NCBI GenBank assembly: GCA_032718475.1
Contig: JAUCBJ010000395.1
Location: 1 to 38,434, forward strand
Reading direction: 5' to 3'
Origin: Nemertoderma westbladi
Taxonomy: Eukaryota; Animalia; Xenacoelomorpha
DNA length: 38,434 nt
This document shows positions 23,381-35,716 of this stretch, one piece after another. Below the pieces are notes generated by a model that was not told the origin of the DNA, made no database searches, and worked only from the letters and a program-made list of their open reading frames with translations. Made by a program: the position numbers and the translations under genes. Every line of letters starts with the position of its first letter. Position 1 is the first letter of the stretch.

Positions 23381-24576
23381 TGTAAAAGCTTTTGCGGATA
23401 TAATCAGTCCCCTTGCCCGCAAAGTCCCGTGTGGGTGTTTTAACGGACATAAAAGTTGTTCTTCTATATGTGTGCTTTGGAGGACATGGCAAGACACAAA
23501 ACCCGCAATGCGTCAAATCCTCTAGCACAGTGTAGCCTTGATGATTCAGATTACGACATCTAACAGCTGGTTGCTGGCATGGAAACGGCCGTTGGACACA
23601 TGGTTCTTTGTTCAGCTTAACAGCCAATCAGAGCGATTTTTACTTTAGATGTGGAGATATTCTACAGATCGTACTAGGCGTGTTCAGTCTTACAGTGTTA
23701 TAGTTTTGTTGTTTCTATCTAGGCCAAGAACACCGGCTCTGGAGTCAATTTGTTTTCAGACTTTAGAAGAAACATTAGTAGGCTTAGATTATAGAACGTA
23801 TAACTGTTACCAACCCAATCAGTTCAGTCTTACATTATCGGTTCAGTGCACGGTGCAAGTCACTGCAACATACATTATTATACTGCTATTTACTGTTGTC
23901 ATTATTTGTATCAGTTGGTTGAATATTATTACTTGGAGAACATCGATAAATAACCCAAATTTCCCAATTTTCTTGATACACTACAGGTTAGAGAGACAGG
24001 TTACATATAGCGATTGCGACTTATATTATCGTGGTTTGTAGTGAATTTAATGCTATTTGATAGGCACTACATGAGTCAATTGCTGTTCTCTTTATGTATG
24101 ATAAAATTCATTGACGGTCGGCAGATTAGTGTGCAGTATTGTGCGGTACCGGTAGTGTGCATGATTGTGGCTGATAACTAAGCATTTCCTAAAGAATGCG
24201 CCTCATACGTGAATCATAAGCCTTACCTTCTTACCGTTGTGTTTAGTATAAGTCATATCTCTGTTTACCTAGATAGAGCGCCACGTCCTAAAGGAACTGT
24301 TAATATTTCCCGAAAGTGAATAATATTCGTCAGAAATTATTTATTAACGATCAATCGAATAATACAGTAAGCTTACACTGCAATAAAAATCTAAGCCCTC
24401 CGAATCCAGTCTCCCGGGTATATCCAGCGGGTGAATGGACGCGCACTAGGCTGGCTTCGGCTAATGTTGTGTTTATTGGTATTAAATACTCGTCATATGT
24501 TAAAGTCTATTTATAAACCAAAAGACATATAAATTTTGGCAGGTTAAACTGCTAAAGGTCTTCAAAAGCGCGTACA
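23381..24576 (+). repeat. 3' LTR of BEL/Pao element
   Basis: Direct repeat of 10151-11345; preceded by PPT-like GGGAGCGG (23373-23380). Confidence 0.95.
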
Positions 24577-25295
24577 CATAGGAAGATCTACAACTATCTC
24601 ACTCATCTCAGACAGAAAATATTGTTTCATTTGATTTGATGGTGGGCCTAAATCCTTGGGCCCACAGGTCGATTTCTTCGCATTTCGCAGCTACAGACTG
24701 ATACAGAGCTGCACCTGCATTTAATTAATATATCAGCCTAGCGGAATCAATGAGGAGTATGGTGGCTTATTTGGGCAAATTAATTTTATTTATTTTATTG
24801 ATATGTTTTTTTTTTGGCTTGTTGGTCTTGGTAGTTAGCTGAATTATCAAATTATTTAACCGATAGAAAGCCGCCCCAATATTAGATTATAAAAACAACA
24901 TTTCCATTGGGTAAGAAAGTGGAGGAGAGCCAGCCCGACTTTTAATTAAATTTTATATTACGCGATCAATTTTCACTCGTCATGAAACCTAACATGTACT
25001 GATGTATGTGAACCTTTTGTTAAATTTGTTGGCTGTGCGTTGGCGGCTGTTTGGGCGGGGTGTGGTACACTTTTCACACTGAAACAATAGGGTTGTGAAA
25101 TGTTACAGGGATCCAAGATATTTCATTTATATTTTATTATGAGAGGAATTTTGAACAAACAACGTAATTACTGTATGTAACGAAATAATTGTTTTGGGGT
25201 TTAACTTGAAATCCTCCCCAAATATTTAATATATATATATCTATTTAGATATCAGGAACAAGATGGGTACAGTACGACCTGACCTGACTGGCGAA

Positions 25296-25896
25296 ATATA
25301 TAGAAACAATGTGATCCAGTCTCCTATCAAAAATGAAACCTAACTACAAATAAACACTTTAATAACTGCACGAATAACTATCCTATATATTAGAAAATAC
25401 AGCACTTTTAGTCCGCCGAAAGGGGTAACTCTACATACTAAATTTGTTAAAAATAAAGGGTTTCAGGATTTAAACACTGTACCCGGGGAAACCGTGCAAT
25501 ACAGCCATTATAGATTTATTTGTTATTTTATTTAGGCTTAGTGGTATCAGTTTTTGGGTTTCATCTATTTACTACTAATTTGTTGTATTTCTCTATTTCA
25601 GTATTTTTGGTTTCATTTCCTGTATTATATTGGTCAATTGGTACTGTGCCGTATTTAGATAGGGTAGGGACTCACAGTACACTGCTGATGATGGAGCTGT
25701 GTTTCCCCGGGTACAGTGTTTAAATCCTGAAACCCTTTATTTTTAACAAATTTAGTATGTATACTTACCCCTTTCGGCGGACAAAAAGTCCTGTATTTTC
25801 TAATATATAGGATAGTTATTCGTACAGTTATTAAATGTTTATTTGTAGTTAGGTTTCATTTTTGATAGGAGACTGGATCACATTGTTTCTATATAT
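25296..25896. mobile_element. Foldback/MITE DNA transposon with ~196-bp terminal inverted repeats in a TA-repeat context
   Basis: 25296-25492 is the near-perfect reverse complement of 25701-25896; AT-rich ~210-bp spacer; both ends abut (TA)n. Confidence 0.85.
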
Positions 25897-25983
25897 ATAT
25901 TTTATATATATATCTTTATATTTATATATCCATATATGTATTATATTTAAAATTATTTCCATGATCATGGTCATTCACTCGTC

Positions 25984-26587
25984 TGTGAGCGGATTCAATT
26001 CCGCTCCATTACCCTCACAAAGTTGGGAAGTGGCACCTTTTCAGCAATATTGGAGATACGAGATTGGTAACAACCAATCTCGTATCACACCCAATAACGG
26101 GGACAACACACACTCCAAAAGCCACACAAAGGGAGGTTAGAGGTCAAATTACCTCGGGAGAGAAAATAACCAACAGGGGCCAACAGAGGGGGAAGCACTC
26201 TCAAAGAGGTGAAAGGCGTGAAGTAGGTTATCAACCAATAGGAGCGGGGAAAAGCATCCACTGAACGAAGGCCACAGTAGTGTAGGAATGGTTACATATA
26301 TATATTGTCAGTGCACATTTACCGGTTCAGTTATTCAGTCGTTAGTTCAGTGCAGACCGGTGATATTCTTCACTGTCACCAATACATACCGGTACTGTTT
26401 CAGGAAACTATCATCATTCAGTTACTCGGTTTATTGTGCTATTATTATCAGCTCTATCATTATTAGAGAACATCAAGGGACAACATCGAACTCTTGTTAT
26501 TTTATCACAACGGCCTCGGCCTAGCTACTATACAAACGGTGACGCATAGATTAACTTATCCGGTCGGGATCCCTTGATCCCGTCACA
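25984..26587 (+). mobile_element. Solo LTR (604 bp) of a second LTR family
   Basis: Starts TGTGAGCGGAT and ends ATCCCGTCACA (imperfect inverted ends, TG...CA); flanked by 5-bp direct repeat TCGTC (25979-25983 and 26588-26592); CCAAT (~26235) then TATA-like (~26297) suggests plus orientation. Confidence 0.8.
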
Positions 26588-26629
26588 TCGTCTTTAGTTA
26601 TAATTTTGTTTGCATGAAAGACACGTTCG

Positions 26630-26905
26630 TGGAGCCTTCGCGCAGCACGAAGTGAGCAAAGCCTTTAGCATATGGTCACCATTAACGAGTTGTCTGCCGT
26701 TAGTCAGAAGTCTTCAACACAATACTCGTCCTCCTCTTGTGCCTCGTAGCGTTCGTTCGTTTTTGACCAACTTCGAATTCTTTCTAAACTTTCGACGGAC
26801 TACATACATACCAAGTTTCGTTTAATTTCATCAAGGAATAACCGAGTTATTAGCGATGAAAATTTTACGACGACAGACAACTCGCCAATGGCACCCATAT
26901 GCTTC
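26630..26905 (-). mobile_element. Helentron-associated (HINE/DINE-1-like) non-autonomous element
   Basis: 30-bp imperfect subterminal inverted repeats (26667-26696 / 26874-26903) plus a short terminal hairpin CTTCG..CGAAG (26636-26652); core shared with ~5335-5360. Confidence 0.55.
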
Positions 26906-27009
26906 TGATATAATCTTAATCTTAAACCAATATAAGCTCTTAAAGTCAGCCAACTATTAGGGGGGGGGGGGGGTTGTATTACCCCTAAATTGAACTTCAC
27001 CTATTGGTG

Positions 27010-27585
27010 TCTCAATGAGTCCACTGTATTCATAAATTTTTGGGTCCGGCCCAACCATATAGAATAGGATATAGGCCTATGTAGCCAAACGTCTCTACAG
27101 CTCCAGGCTGGACTACTGTAAGTAGTCTATGGTAAAGTTGAAATACTTAGCAAGCTTCCGTCCTTCTGCCAAATCAGCTCCTGATGATCCATCTAAGCTT
27201 GCAGCTTCGAGGCGGTACGGTTGGTGCAGGTAAAGTCCCACACAGGGTTTATTTCCATTTGACCATGGGAGCAGTGTGGCGGCTACATCAGGTCGCTTTA
27301 GGTCGTTGTTGTTGATAAGCTGACTGGCACAAGTGTGGCGGGTACCTCAGCGGATTGGAGAGCACAGCCCACAGGCGGTGTCGTGCGTGTCTGCTCTTGG
27401 CAAACTTGCAGATTAAAGCATGGCTGGCTGAACCATCAACGACGGCACCAGTGGTGCCGTCGTTGATGGCACCACAAACACAACGGTGGGTAGAGCAAAC
27501 AGGTGCGCCAAGACGGAGAGCAACAGTCATACCGAACTGTTCGTCAGTAAGGCTGAGGCCAATGATTGTAGAAGGGATAGCATAT
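27010..27585 (-). mobile_element. Decayed CRE/HERO-like (restriction-like endonuclease) non-LTR retrotransposon, 3' part
   Basis: YAIPSTIIGLSLTDEQFGMTVALRLGAPVCSTHRCVCG...HALIC...RHARH (zinc finger), then frameshifted KRPD...LPWSNG...VWDFTC (PD-(D/E)xK RLE motif). Confidence 0.75.
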
Positions 27586-29915
27586 TCTGTTTCGTAGGAA
27601 ATACAGCAGCTCTATACAAGACTGTAATGCATTTACACTTCAACCCTTCTCCAGTGATCACCGCCTTATTGTGGCCAAGGTAAGACTTAGTCTGCGTGCT
27701 AGCAGAACAACGAAATCTGCCTTGCCGCGGCATGACTGGTCCTCTCTGTTGCAACAGCCAAGTGTGAGATCCAGCTTCACACTACAGCTGAGCAACAGGT
27801 ATGAGGCTCTTGCCTCTGAAGCGGCAGATCACTGTGAGGGCTATACTGCCTTTACAGAAGCAGTTAAGTTAGCAGCTGCAGAAACAGTTCCTGTATACCC
27901 TCGAAACAGGAAAAGGGCCCCCTGGACTGACAACAAAATTCAGAAGTGCCGAAATGACCTTCATAAGGCGCAGAAAGAGTCCCGACTCAAACAGACTACA
28001 GCGGCCAAGAATGCAGTTAAGGCTGCATCTAGGTCCCTGAACAGGCAGTACTCTGTTAATCTACAGGAGCTAATAAACCAACAGGTTGATGCCATCAATG
28101 ATGCTGACGACAGCAGGCAATCATCCCAGGCATGGAAATCGATCAATTTGCTTACTGGGCGGAAAAGCCAACCAACCACCAAGGTTAAGGCTGAATCACC
28201 AGCCGATCGCCTCAATGGTTGGAAAGCCCACTTTGAAAAGCTCCTAAATAATGACAGGGTATTGCCTGATAACTTTATAGAAGTAAAAGTGTCTGAGTCT
28301 GTACTCCCAGATATTCCCATTGGCGATATCTCCTTTGCAGAAGTGAAGGCTGCTGCAAAGAGCATTAAGACCAATCGTGCCAGTGGAGTAGATGGTGTTC
28401 CCCCTGAGGTCTTTAAAATACCTGAGTGTTTAAAGCTCATCTATCCCATCATAGTAGACATGTACCGAACAACAAGAGTCCCACAAGAAATGAAAACAAA
28501 TAAGTTGGTGCCAGTTCCCAAGAAGGGCAACCTAACACTCTATGGTTCTTTTCGGGGAATCTCATTGATCTCGATTGCTGCAAAGCTATACAATAGGATT
28601 CTATTAAATCGCATTAGGGATCCCATTGAGAGACTGCTCCGTGGAAATCAGAATGGGTTCCGTAAAGGTCGTGGGACCATGGAGCCCATTTTGGCACTTA
28701 GAAGGATAATTGAAGAATTATCAAAAAAGACAGGCATCTGGCTGTTATCTTTGTTGACTTCTTCAAGGCCTTTGATTCAGTCTCTCGCTCACGTATGTTC
28801 AGCATACTTTCATTATATGGGATTCCTGATGAAATTATTGCAGCAATCAGATCAGTATACGATGGTTCGACAACATTTGTGTCTACTGTTGATGGTGACA
28901 CAGAACCATTTGAAGTGTTATGGGGCGTCCTCCAAGGAGACACACTTGCACCATTCTTGTTCATTATTGTGGTTGACTATGTTCTACGCATGTCCTTAGA
29001 TCATCATAATGATGATGGGGTGATGATAACTCCACCTACTGGCTCCAGAAGTCGAGGAAATCCTGCCAAGTACCTACTGATCTAGACTTTGCTGATGACT
29101 TTGGAGTACTCTCAGAATCATTAGAGGGAGCCCAACGGCTCCTCAGCTCATTAGAACATGCTGCTTCTAGTGTTGGTCATTTTATTAACTCCAGAAAGAT
29201 CAACATTTTGACAGTTAACTTTGAAAGTCCTCAGCAAGTCTCTGATCGGATGAGCATAAGCTCAAAGGATGGTATGCTTGAGCATGTGGACGACTTCTGT
29301 TACCTGGGATCATGGATCCGGAAGTCAGGTGAGGACCTTCGAATACGTAAGGGAAAGGCATGGGCAGCCTTGAATAGGCTTTCCAGGATTTGGAAGTCAC
29401 CGAGAATTAATCGGAAACTTAAGGTCCGATTATTTAGAGCAGCAGTAGTTCCAGTACTCCTCTACGGGAGTCCATGCTGGGCTCTAACTGCTGAGGACAC
29501 CAAATCTCTGGATGGCACATTCACAATAATGCTACGCCGGGTTCATTGTGTCAAGTACAATGCACACATCTCCAACCAGACACTATATAACATTGGAGGT
29601 GTCTCATTGGTTCCCCCAAGCTTGACACTAGAACAAAATCGCCTCCGCTTTGCAGGACATTGCTTTCGCCGTGAGGACCAGCCAGCGCATAATCTTGTAC
29701 TTTGGCAGCCTCATGGAGTGAATAAGCATGGTGGACAGCCCATGACTTTCTTGAGACGCATCTTAAAGGACACTGTCCTTGAAGATGCGGATGATCTAGC
29801 AAATGTCATGGGTGATAGGGAGTTGTGGCGGTGCAATTTTGTTGACAAGCCGGCACAGCATTCTTAAAAATGCAGCTGCAATGCAGCATGCCGATACTAG
29901 TAGTAGTAGTAGTAG
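27581..29915 (+). mobile_element. 5'-truncated RTE-like LINE with two frameshifts and a (TAG)6 tail
   Basis: Begins in the APE endonuclease end (HILFRRKY...SDHRLIVAKVRL); RT motifs FRGISL, QNGFRKGR, VDFFKAFDS, GVLQGDTLAPFLF, DLDFADD, YLGS; frameshifts at ~28725 and ~29077; stop at 29865-29867; TAG repeats 29898-29915. Confidence 0.9.
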
Positions 29916-30045
29916 ATGCGTGGCAGCCCTTAAGGCAGGATACAGTGCTGTTGTCAATGGATGATATCAGTGATGTCAGTTGGGATTCGGACACTGGATC
30001 CTGCCAAGATCTTAGATTGCTCCTATGTTTCTGAGTTATCATATA
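29916..30045 (-). mobile_element. Upstream remnant of the CRE-like element, separated by the RTE insertion
   Basis: RSWQDPVSESQLTSLISSIDNSTVSCLKGCHA resembles the segment that precedes the A(L/I)PS...LRLG block in CRE-type ORFs; same strand as 27010-27585. Confidence 0.55.
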
Positions 30046-30259
30046 GGAGGGAGAGTGGTTTATAAATTTTTATTAATTAAATTGGAAATAATTATACAAA
30101 TTCTGTAATACGACCTGTGTTTTTATTCTTAATAAATAATATTTTACCTAATGTGATAATTTAGTGCTATTCATTATTAATATTCTGTAGTATACTGTAT
30201 ATACAGTTATTTAGTAGTTATTTTAATGTAAATTTAATATGTTTCATTAATATTTTCAG

Positions 30260-30431
30260 GGTGCGACTTCATTCCGATAGCTGAATTACTAATTGTTATG
30301 GAAGGTCTATCATGTGTGGCTATTTGTAGAGTTTGTGGCGATGCCTCCAGTGGCAAACACTATGGTATCCTAGCCTGTAATGGCTGCTCGGGCTTCTTTA
30401 AAAGGAGTGTTAGAAGGAAGTTGGTTTACAG
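30260..30431 (+). CDS. NR2E3: NR2E3/PNR (Hr51/fax-1-type) nuclear receptor, exon with zinc finger 1 (in-frame ATG at 30298)
   Basis: [36 protein letters not shown]; the CNGCSG P-box is characteristic of NR2E3/Hr51/fax-1; ttttcag acceptor and GTAGG donor. Confidence 0.92.
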
Positions 30432-30762
30432 GTAGGATAGAACATTCATACAAATAGAGTTTTGGTTGAGCTATGTTGCAGGGGAAGTTTTGTTTATAGC
30501 CGGTCATGCCGTATATATGGTTTTCCATTCCAGTGAGCTAATACTTGACAAAAGGGTCGCGTACAATCTTCGATAGTTTATTAATATTTTTTTTATTTTT
30601 TAGTCCGCCCGTGAATCTATTCCAGTTTCTTACCTATAAACTGATAAGACTTCATGTTAGATTATTTAGAGTATTTACAACAGTACATGTATGGTACCTA
30701 TTTGCCAGTACCTATAGCTACATGTATTATTTTGCGACCAGTTTTAATTTATATGTTTATAG

Positions 30763-30866
30763 ATGTCAAGGCGGTAACAGTTTGTGTATAATCGACAAGG
30801 CCCACAGGAACCAATGCCAGGCGTGTCGGTTGAAAAAATGCCTTGAATCTGGAATGAATAAGGATG
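30763..30866 (+). CDS. NR2E3: NR2E3-like exon, zinc finger 2
   Basis: [34 protein letters not shown]; AG/GT boundaries in phase. Confidence 0.93.
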
Positions 30867-31642
30867 GTTAGTAAGTTTCTTATTTAAAAAAATAATAATC
30901 ACCTTTTTCGGTGTTTAATAATACAAGCCATGAGCCTCAGTCAGCATCATACGAGACACGAGAGATCGACCGTCAACAGGATCTCAGATGGTTAATTTCC
31001 ACAAGCAACGTCATTCAGCACATCTTCCATAGTTCCATCGTCTACCTGTAATCATGTGGCATGGAAATGTAACCATGTGGCTGCCAGCGCAGGTGTCCAC
31101 CGTGTCAGACCTCTCTTACGAATGGGGTGGGGTAAAAGACAAGAAGCACCGGAAGATAAGAAGATGATTGCCATTAACATTGTTATAAAAAGAACTAAAG
31201 AGCGACTGGTCCAATATGGACAAGGACAACTGTTTCAAAAATGTGTTTCTAAAGATTGAAATCACAAAAGTAGAAACTATAATTCACCAACATAACGTGG
31301 TAGTAAATGCGTCAAGCTATTGACTAATGTGGAGTTGTTGGGGGCAAGCCATTTATTTAAGGCACTACAGTTTATGTATTCCACGAGTTGTGATTATTAC
31401 ATATTTTTAAAACTATTACAAAATATATGACTGCTAATTGATTAACAAGGTTCCATTCTACTGTAGCAATAGCGTGTATATCCTATTATCTCTCAAATAA
31501 CTATATCATTGAGTTCTCACACATTTATTTTACAATGCTTTGCCCTTAATTTAAATTGTAACCGTTTACATTATTTTTATTTGCAACTTTGACAACTTCA
31601 TAATGTAACAAGATTAAAATACAGTAGCTATATTTTTTACAG

Positions 31643-31840
31643 CGGTACAAAACGAACGACAACCCCGGAGTACAACACAAGTTCATCTGGAACAAATAAG
31701 TAGAGAGGTTTATCGACGAAAGATGAACATGACATGGCCCTTGAATCCACCTGCAGACTGCGGAATGATGAGTCGGCCTCTAGAAGGTTTCCCGTCGATG
31801 TCGCTGCCCCACCACCAACAGAGACCGTTAATGATAACAG
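31643..31840 (+). CDS. NR2E3: NR2E3-like exon, T-box/hinge
   Basis: AVQNERQPRST continues MNKD; tttttacag acceptor, GTATGT donor. Confidence 0.88.
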
Positions 31841-32305
31841 GTATGTGGATAATGTGCTAAGCTACCAGTATATTATTGATGTTGAAAGCCGACACCGACA
31901 ACTTATGAATTGGTGTATAAAAATTTAAGCGGAAGGACCTCACCGGTGTAATAAGCATAGTTCTTCAATAATTGAATTACCCAAGCTCAAGCTGTTACGC
32001 AAGGCTGTCAGGAGTAACCTCTACGGTCCATGCGTATCGAGGATCGAAGAAGGTTGAACAGCTAGAAGAAACGACACTTCGAAAATGGAAGAATGAATCC
32101 AGAAGCAAAAATTGCAAAGATCTATCATATTTCTTATAACAGTAACATGTATTTCTTATTACCTTTGATTCGTCTGCCAAGTAATCTGTTTTGTATTCTT
32201 GATTAAAATGATTAGGTACAAATTCAAATAATTCAAAGGTAAAAGAAATATTCTTATGTATCCCAAACAACTGTTATTCCCAAAGTTTAATTAATAATTT
32301 TTCAG

Positions 32306-32484
32306 ATATCCCTATCAACTACTGTCCAAATGGTACCGGTACCATGACAACTCCTCCTATTCCTCGCTACCCTCTACCAATGCTCAATCCCGAAGTTAAT
32401 GAAGTCATGGCCAACCTGTTCCTCGCCTCCATACAATGGGCCAAAAGTATCTTCCACTCCAAGGGCATTGGCTTCTCTGACCAG
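32306..32484 (+). CDS. NR2E3: NR2E3-like exon, ligand-binding domain helix 3 region
   Basis: ...EVMANLFLASIQWAKSIFHSKGIGFSDQ (WAK...DQ signature); phase-compatible splice sites. Confidence 0.82.
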
Positions 32485-32829
32485 GTAGGTCGGTTCTTCG
32501 GTTCATGATCAACTTGTAGGTCAGATAATGACCAAGTAGTAGGTCACATATTATGCCTGTTGTTCAACATATTATGTTTCTTAACTAACACAGGATAGGT
32601 TATTGCGTTAGATAATAAGTAATAATTAATCAATTAGATTATGTATAAACGTTTTCTAAATAGTTATAAAATAGCGAGTTCTATTTCTAACAATAAAGTT
32701 GTCTTAAACAATTTTAATAGGATTTTGTTTAGAAGAGGAAAAAATGAGGAATGTCCTAACCGGGGATTGAACCAACGATAAACGGTCCTCTTCAGGGTTT
32801 ATGAAATAAAGTTGCAAATTTTAAAATCC

Positions 32830-33205
32830 ACTTGATGGTTGACTGGTCGTCATTGGCTTATCATCTAGCTGTGAGATCCGGGTTTCGATCCCGTGTGGAA
32901 CCAGTTACAATTTCGTGCAAAACACATAGCGATATGGAAGCTTGATTTCTGCTGGGCTGGGGGGGGGGGGGGGTGGGGTAAAGGAAGGGTTTGTATTGTT
33001 ATGGAGTGTATCTTACCACCTTTCTGGTAACAGCCCAGAGAGAGGAGCATTGGGATTGCCTCAATGTTTAGTATTTCACGATCACCAAACACGTCAGTCC
33101 TTCAGCCCTGTTCAGTAACGATAAACAGAGCTCAACACACTCCCCTGCCACGTCCTTACTTATAAATTTATTTGTAGGGGACTTCCCTCCTGCTCCACTC
33201 TAATA
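32830..33205 (+). mobile_element. Possible degenerate tRNA-derived SINE in NR2E3 intron
   Basis: B-box-like GGGTTTCGATCCC at ~32880 after a weak A box; GC-richer body than the flanking intron; no TSD identified; ends approximate. Confidence 0.35.
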
Positions 33206-33398
33206 TAATTGAGGCCTGTGGGTCAGCTGTTATATATAGAGGATAATGTAACAAATAAGACAAATATACCGCAAGTGTACCGTACAGGTTAGGTACGCAG
33301 CTTATAATTAATACGGTATACCCAGATACTTTATGTAACATATATTACTAACTAAATTGGCTAACGAATTAATTGTTAGTAAATTTATACTTATTTAG

Positions 33399-33669
33399 AT
33401 ATCTCTGCTGGAAGAATCGTGGTCCGAATTGCTACTGATTAATTCGATACATACGGGTTCCATGTCCAGCTACTTGGTGTCCCCACCACCGGGGCCGGGG
33501 ACAATGTCTAGCTACCTGGTGTCCCCTCCCGTTCCAGGGACCCGCCCCAACAGCTACGCTCTATGTCCTGCCCTCTATCGACTATCTGAGGTCAATGCAG
33601 ACTTCTGTGGTATTCAACTAGATGGCGTGGAAATGGCCTGTCTAAAAACTGTGGTTCTATTCAGACCAG
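33399..33669 (+). CDS. NR2E3: NR2E3-like exon, ligand-binding domain helices 4-8
   Basis: ISLLEESWSELLLIN...LDGVEMACLKTVVLFRP; ttatttag acceptor, GTAAAT donor. Confidence 0.87.
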
Positions 33670-35544
33670 GTAAATAAAATGTCATGTTTTTCCTGAATAA
33701 TTAGATACAAATCACATCATCCATCTCCAGGGCAAAATCGACACTGTATATCAGCTGATTACTACCAAAAATAATATTATTAAGTTTAGTTTATTGTTTT
33801 GGTTAGAATAAGGTGTCACTGTAACCTGCTCCTTTTCCTAAATTGATAATTAAACATTGAGGCGAGAAATTAATACGCCGAGATGGGATTTGCGACCAGT
33901 CCCCCGCCCAGGTGTCACTAATTATTAACGAAGGTATTAAGGAATTCTCTAATTCACATAAAATTCAATACACGAGGGCAGAATAACTGAATTTCGGCCA
34001 ACTGAAACTAGTAAGAAGAAAGTTCTTTCAAACACGTTTATTTTATCGAATACACTTGGAAATATTATGTAACTCCGCAGGTACATAATAATGTTTAAAA
34101 GATAGAACTTATAAGGCGGGTAAAATGGCCAGTGAAAATTTCAGCTAGTCTAGATGACACTGCATATGAATATGACCTATCACGCTGTTAGCTATACACG
34201 TAAACAAGTAGATCAGCTAGGTAGAAACAACAGATGTGGTGGAGGAGGCAGAGCTCCCGCACTCGGTACTCGCGCTGCACAATGACGAGGTAGGCCATAT
34301 CGGCTTTATTGATACCGGCAAGACGGCGATCATTCGCACCAATAATGGAATAGTTGTCGGGATACAACAGATGACAGCAGATAAAATAGTAAACAACTGA
34401 TTGTGCGACTGCCGACTAGGCTACCATGGTTTGCGAATCAACATCAGTTTAAATTATTAAATTAAATATTTTTACCTTTTCTAAGATCCGACTCCGAACT
34501 TGTATAAAAACTGTTTGGGATGATAGTATGTATAATCAATGAAAAAAGGTTATATTTATGGAATTTTGTTCTCATATTATTAGGTATAAAACGCAAGCAA
34601 GTTCCCCAAGAAAACGAAAAAGAAGCACATTTTGCAAATTGTTTGGGTTTCTGGAGAAACACCCGAAAATGTCAGTCCCCCTCAAACACTATGTTTTTTG
34701 TTTTCCGAAATCCACTATAAATCAATGTCATAAAATCAGGTTGATTTGCTTATGATTTTTTATTATCAAATTTGTGCTATTTGTATTTTTAGCGCCACAC
34801 ATTGACACATTGACACAAAAAGGCATAATCAACAAGGTACGATTTATTTCAGTGTCATATTCGAGATCAGCATCCCAAAAAATCATTTAAACATCTGATT
34901 TCTATAATCGTGATCAACATCCAATAAACCGCTATATAACGCAAATAAATTAATTTGAGAGAGCCGTAAAAACTTTTGAAAATTTGAGCACGAAAAATAT
35001 TGGGAATGGGTGCAAGAAAGGGACCACAGCACGAAAACTAACATAGCCATGTAAGTAGCGTTTGCGATGTTGGATAGCCCATTAAATTTTAGGAAACTAG
35101 TAAAACTATAGGTACTAGTAAAAGCATAATTGTAGGCTATAAGGCAAGTTTACAGTACATTTATTGTATTGTAGATAATAGAGGATTCAAATTTACCGCG
35201 CAACTTATCACAACTACTAATACAGAGGTTTACAGTTTGGCAAATAAAAGTGAATAGTTTATAGATATTGATTCCAACCGAATACAAGTCAAAAACAGAA
35301 GACGGATTCTGCATAAAGGAAACCATGAATTTATTTACAGAAGTTGAGATAGACGGTTTTAGCAAAAATATAACTCCTTAGGACTTCATAATAACGTCTT
35401 AAGACTTGGCTAGAAAGATTCGCAATCGCAACCGATTCCATCAGATTCCAAATCGAAAACAACTTAGAGTGAGACTGACTTAGACGGTTTTGGCATTTAA
35501 GTGCCGAATAGTGTAACAAATGTGTTGATAAAGCAATAGAATAG

Positions 35545-35716
35545 AGATGTGTGTGGTACATCTTATACTTTAGAGGTGTGTGTTGTGGTACATCTTATAC
35601 ATTAGAGGTGTGTGTGGTACATATTATACTTTAGAGGTGTGGGTTGTGGTACATCTTATACATTAGAGGTGTGTGTTGTGGTACATATTATACTTTAGAG
35701 GTGTGGGTTGTGGTAC
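35545..35716. repeat. 28/31-bp minisatellite, ~5.5 copies
   Basis: Unit gtgtg(t/g)(gtt)gtggtacat(c/a)ttatac(t/a)ttagag repeated head to tail. Confidence 0.85.

Larger units (their letters stand above)
10151..24576 (+). mobile_element. BEL/Pao LTR retrotransposon, non-autonomous copy (gag/protease deleted) with an extra exonuclease/zinc-knuckle ORF
   Basis: Paired ~1195-bp LTRs, BEL-type RT-RNaseH-integrase order and motifs, and a purine-rich tract (GGGAGCGG) immediately before the 3' LTR. Confidence 0.95.

Noticed and set aside
35150-35561. Two overlapping minus-strand ORFs as a gene
   Set aside because: No recognisable family, they start in a minisatellite edge, and I could not establish splice or phase support.
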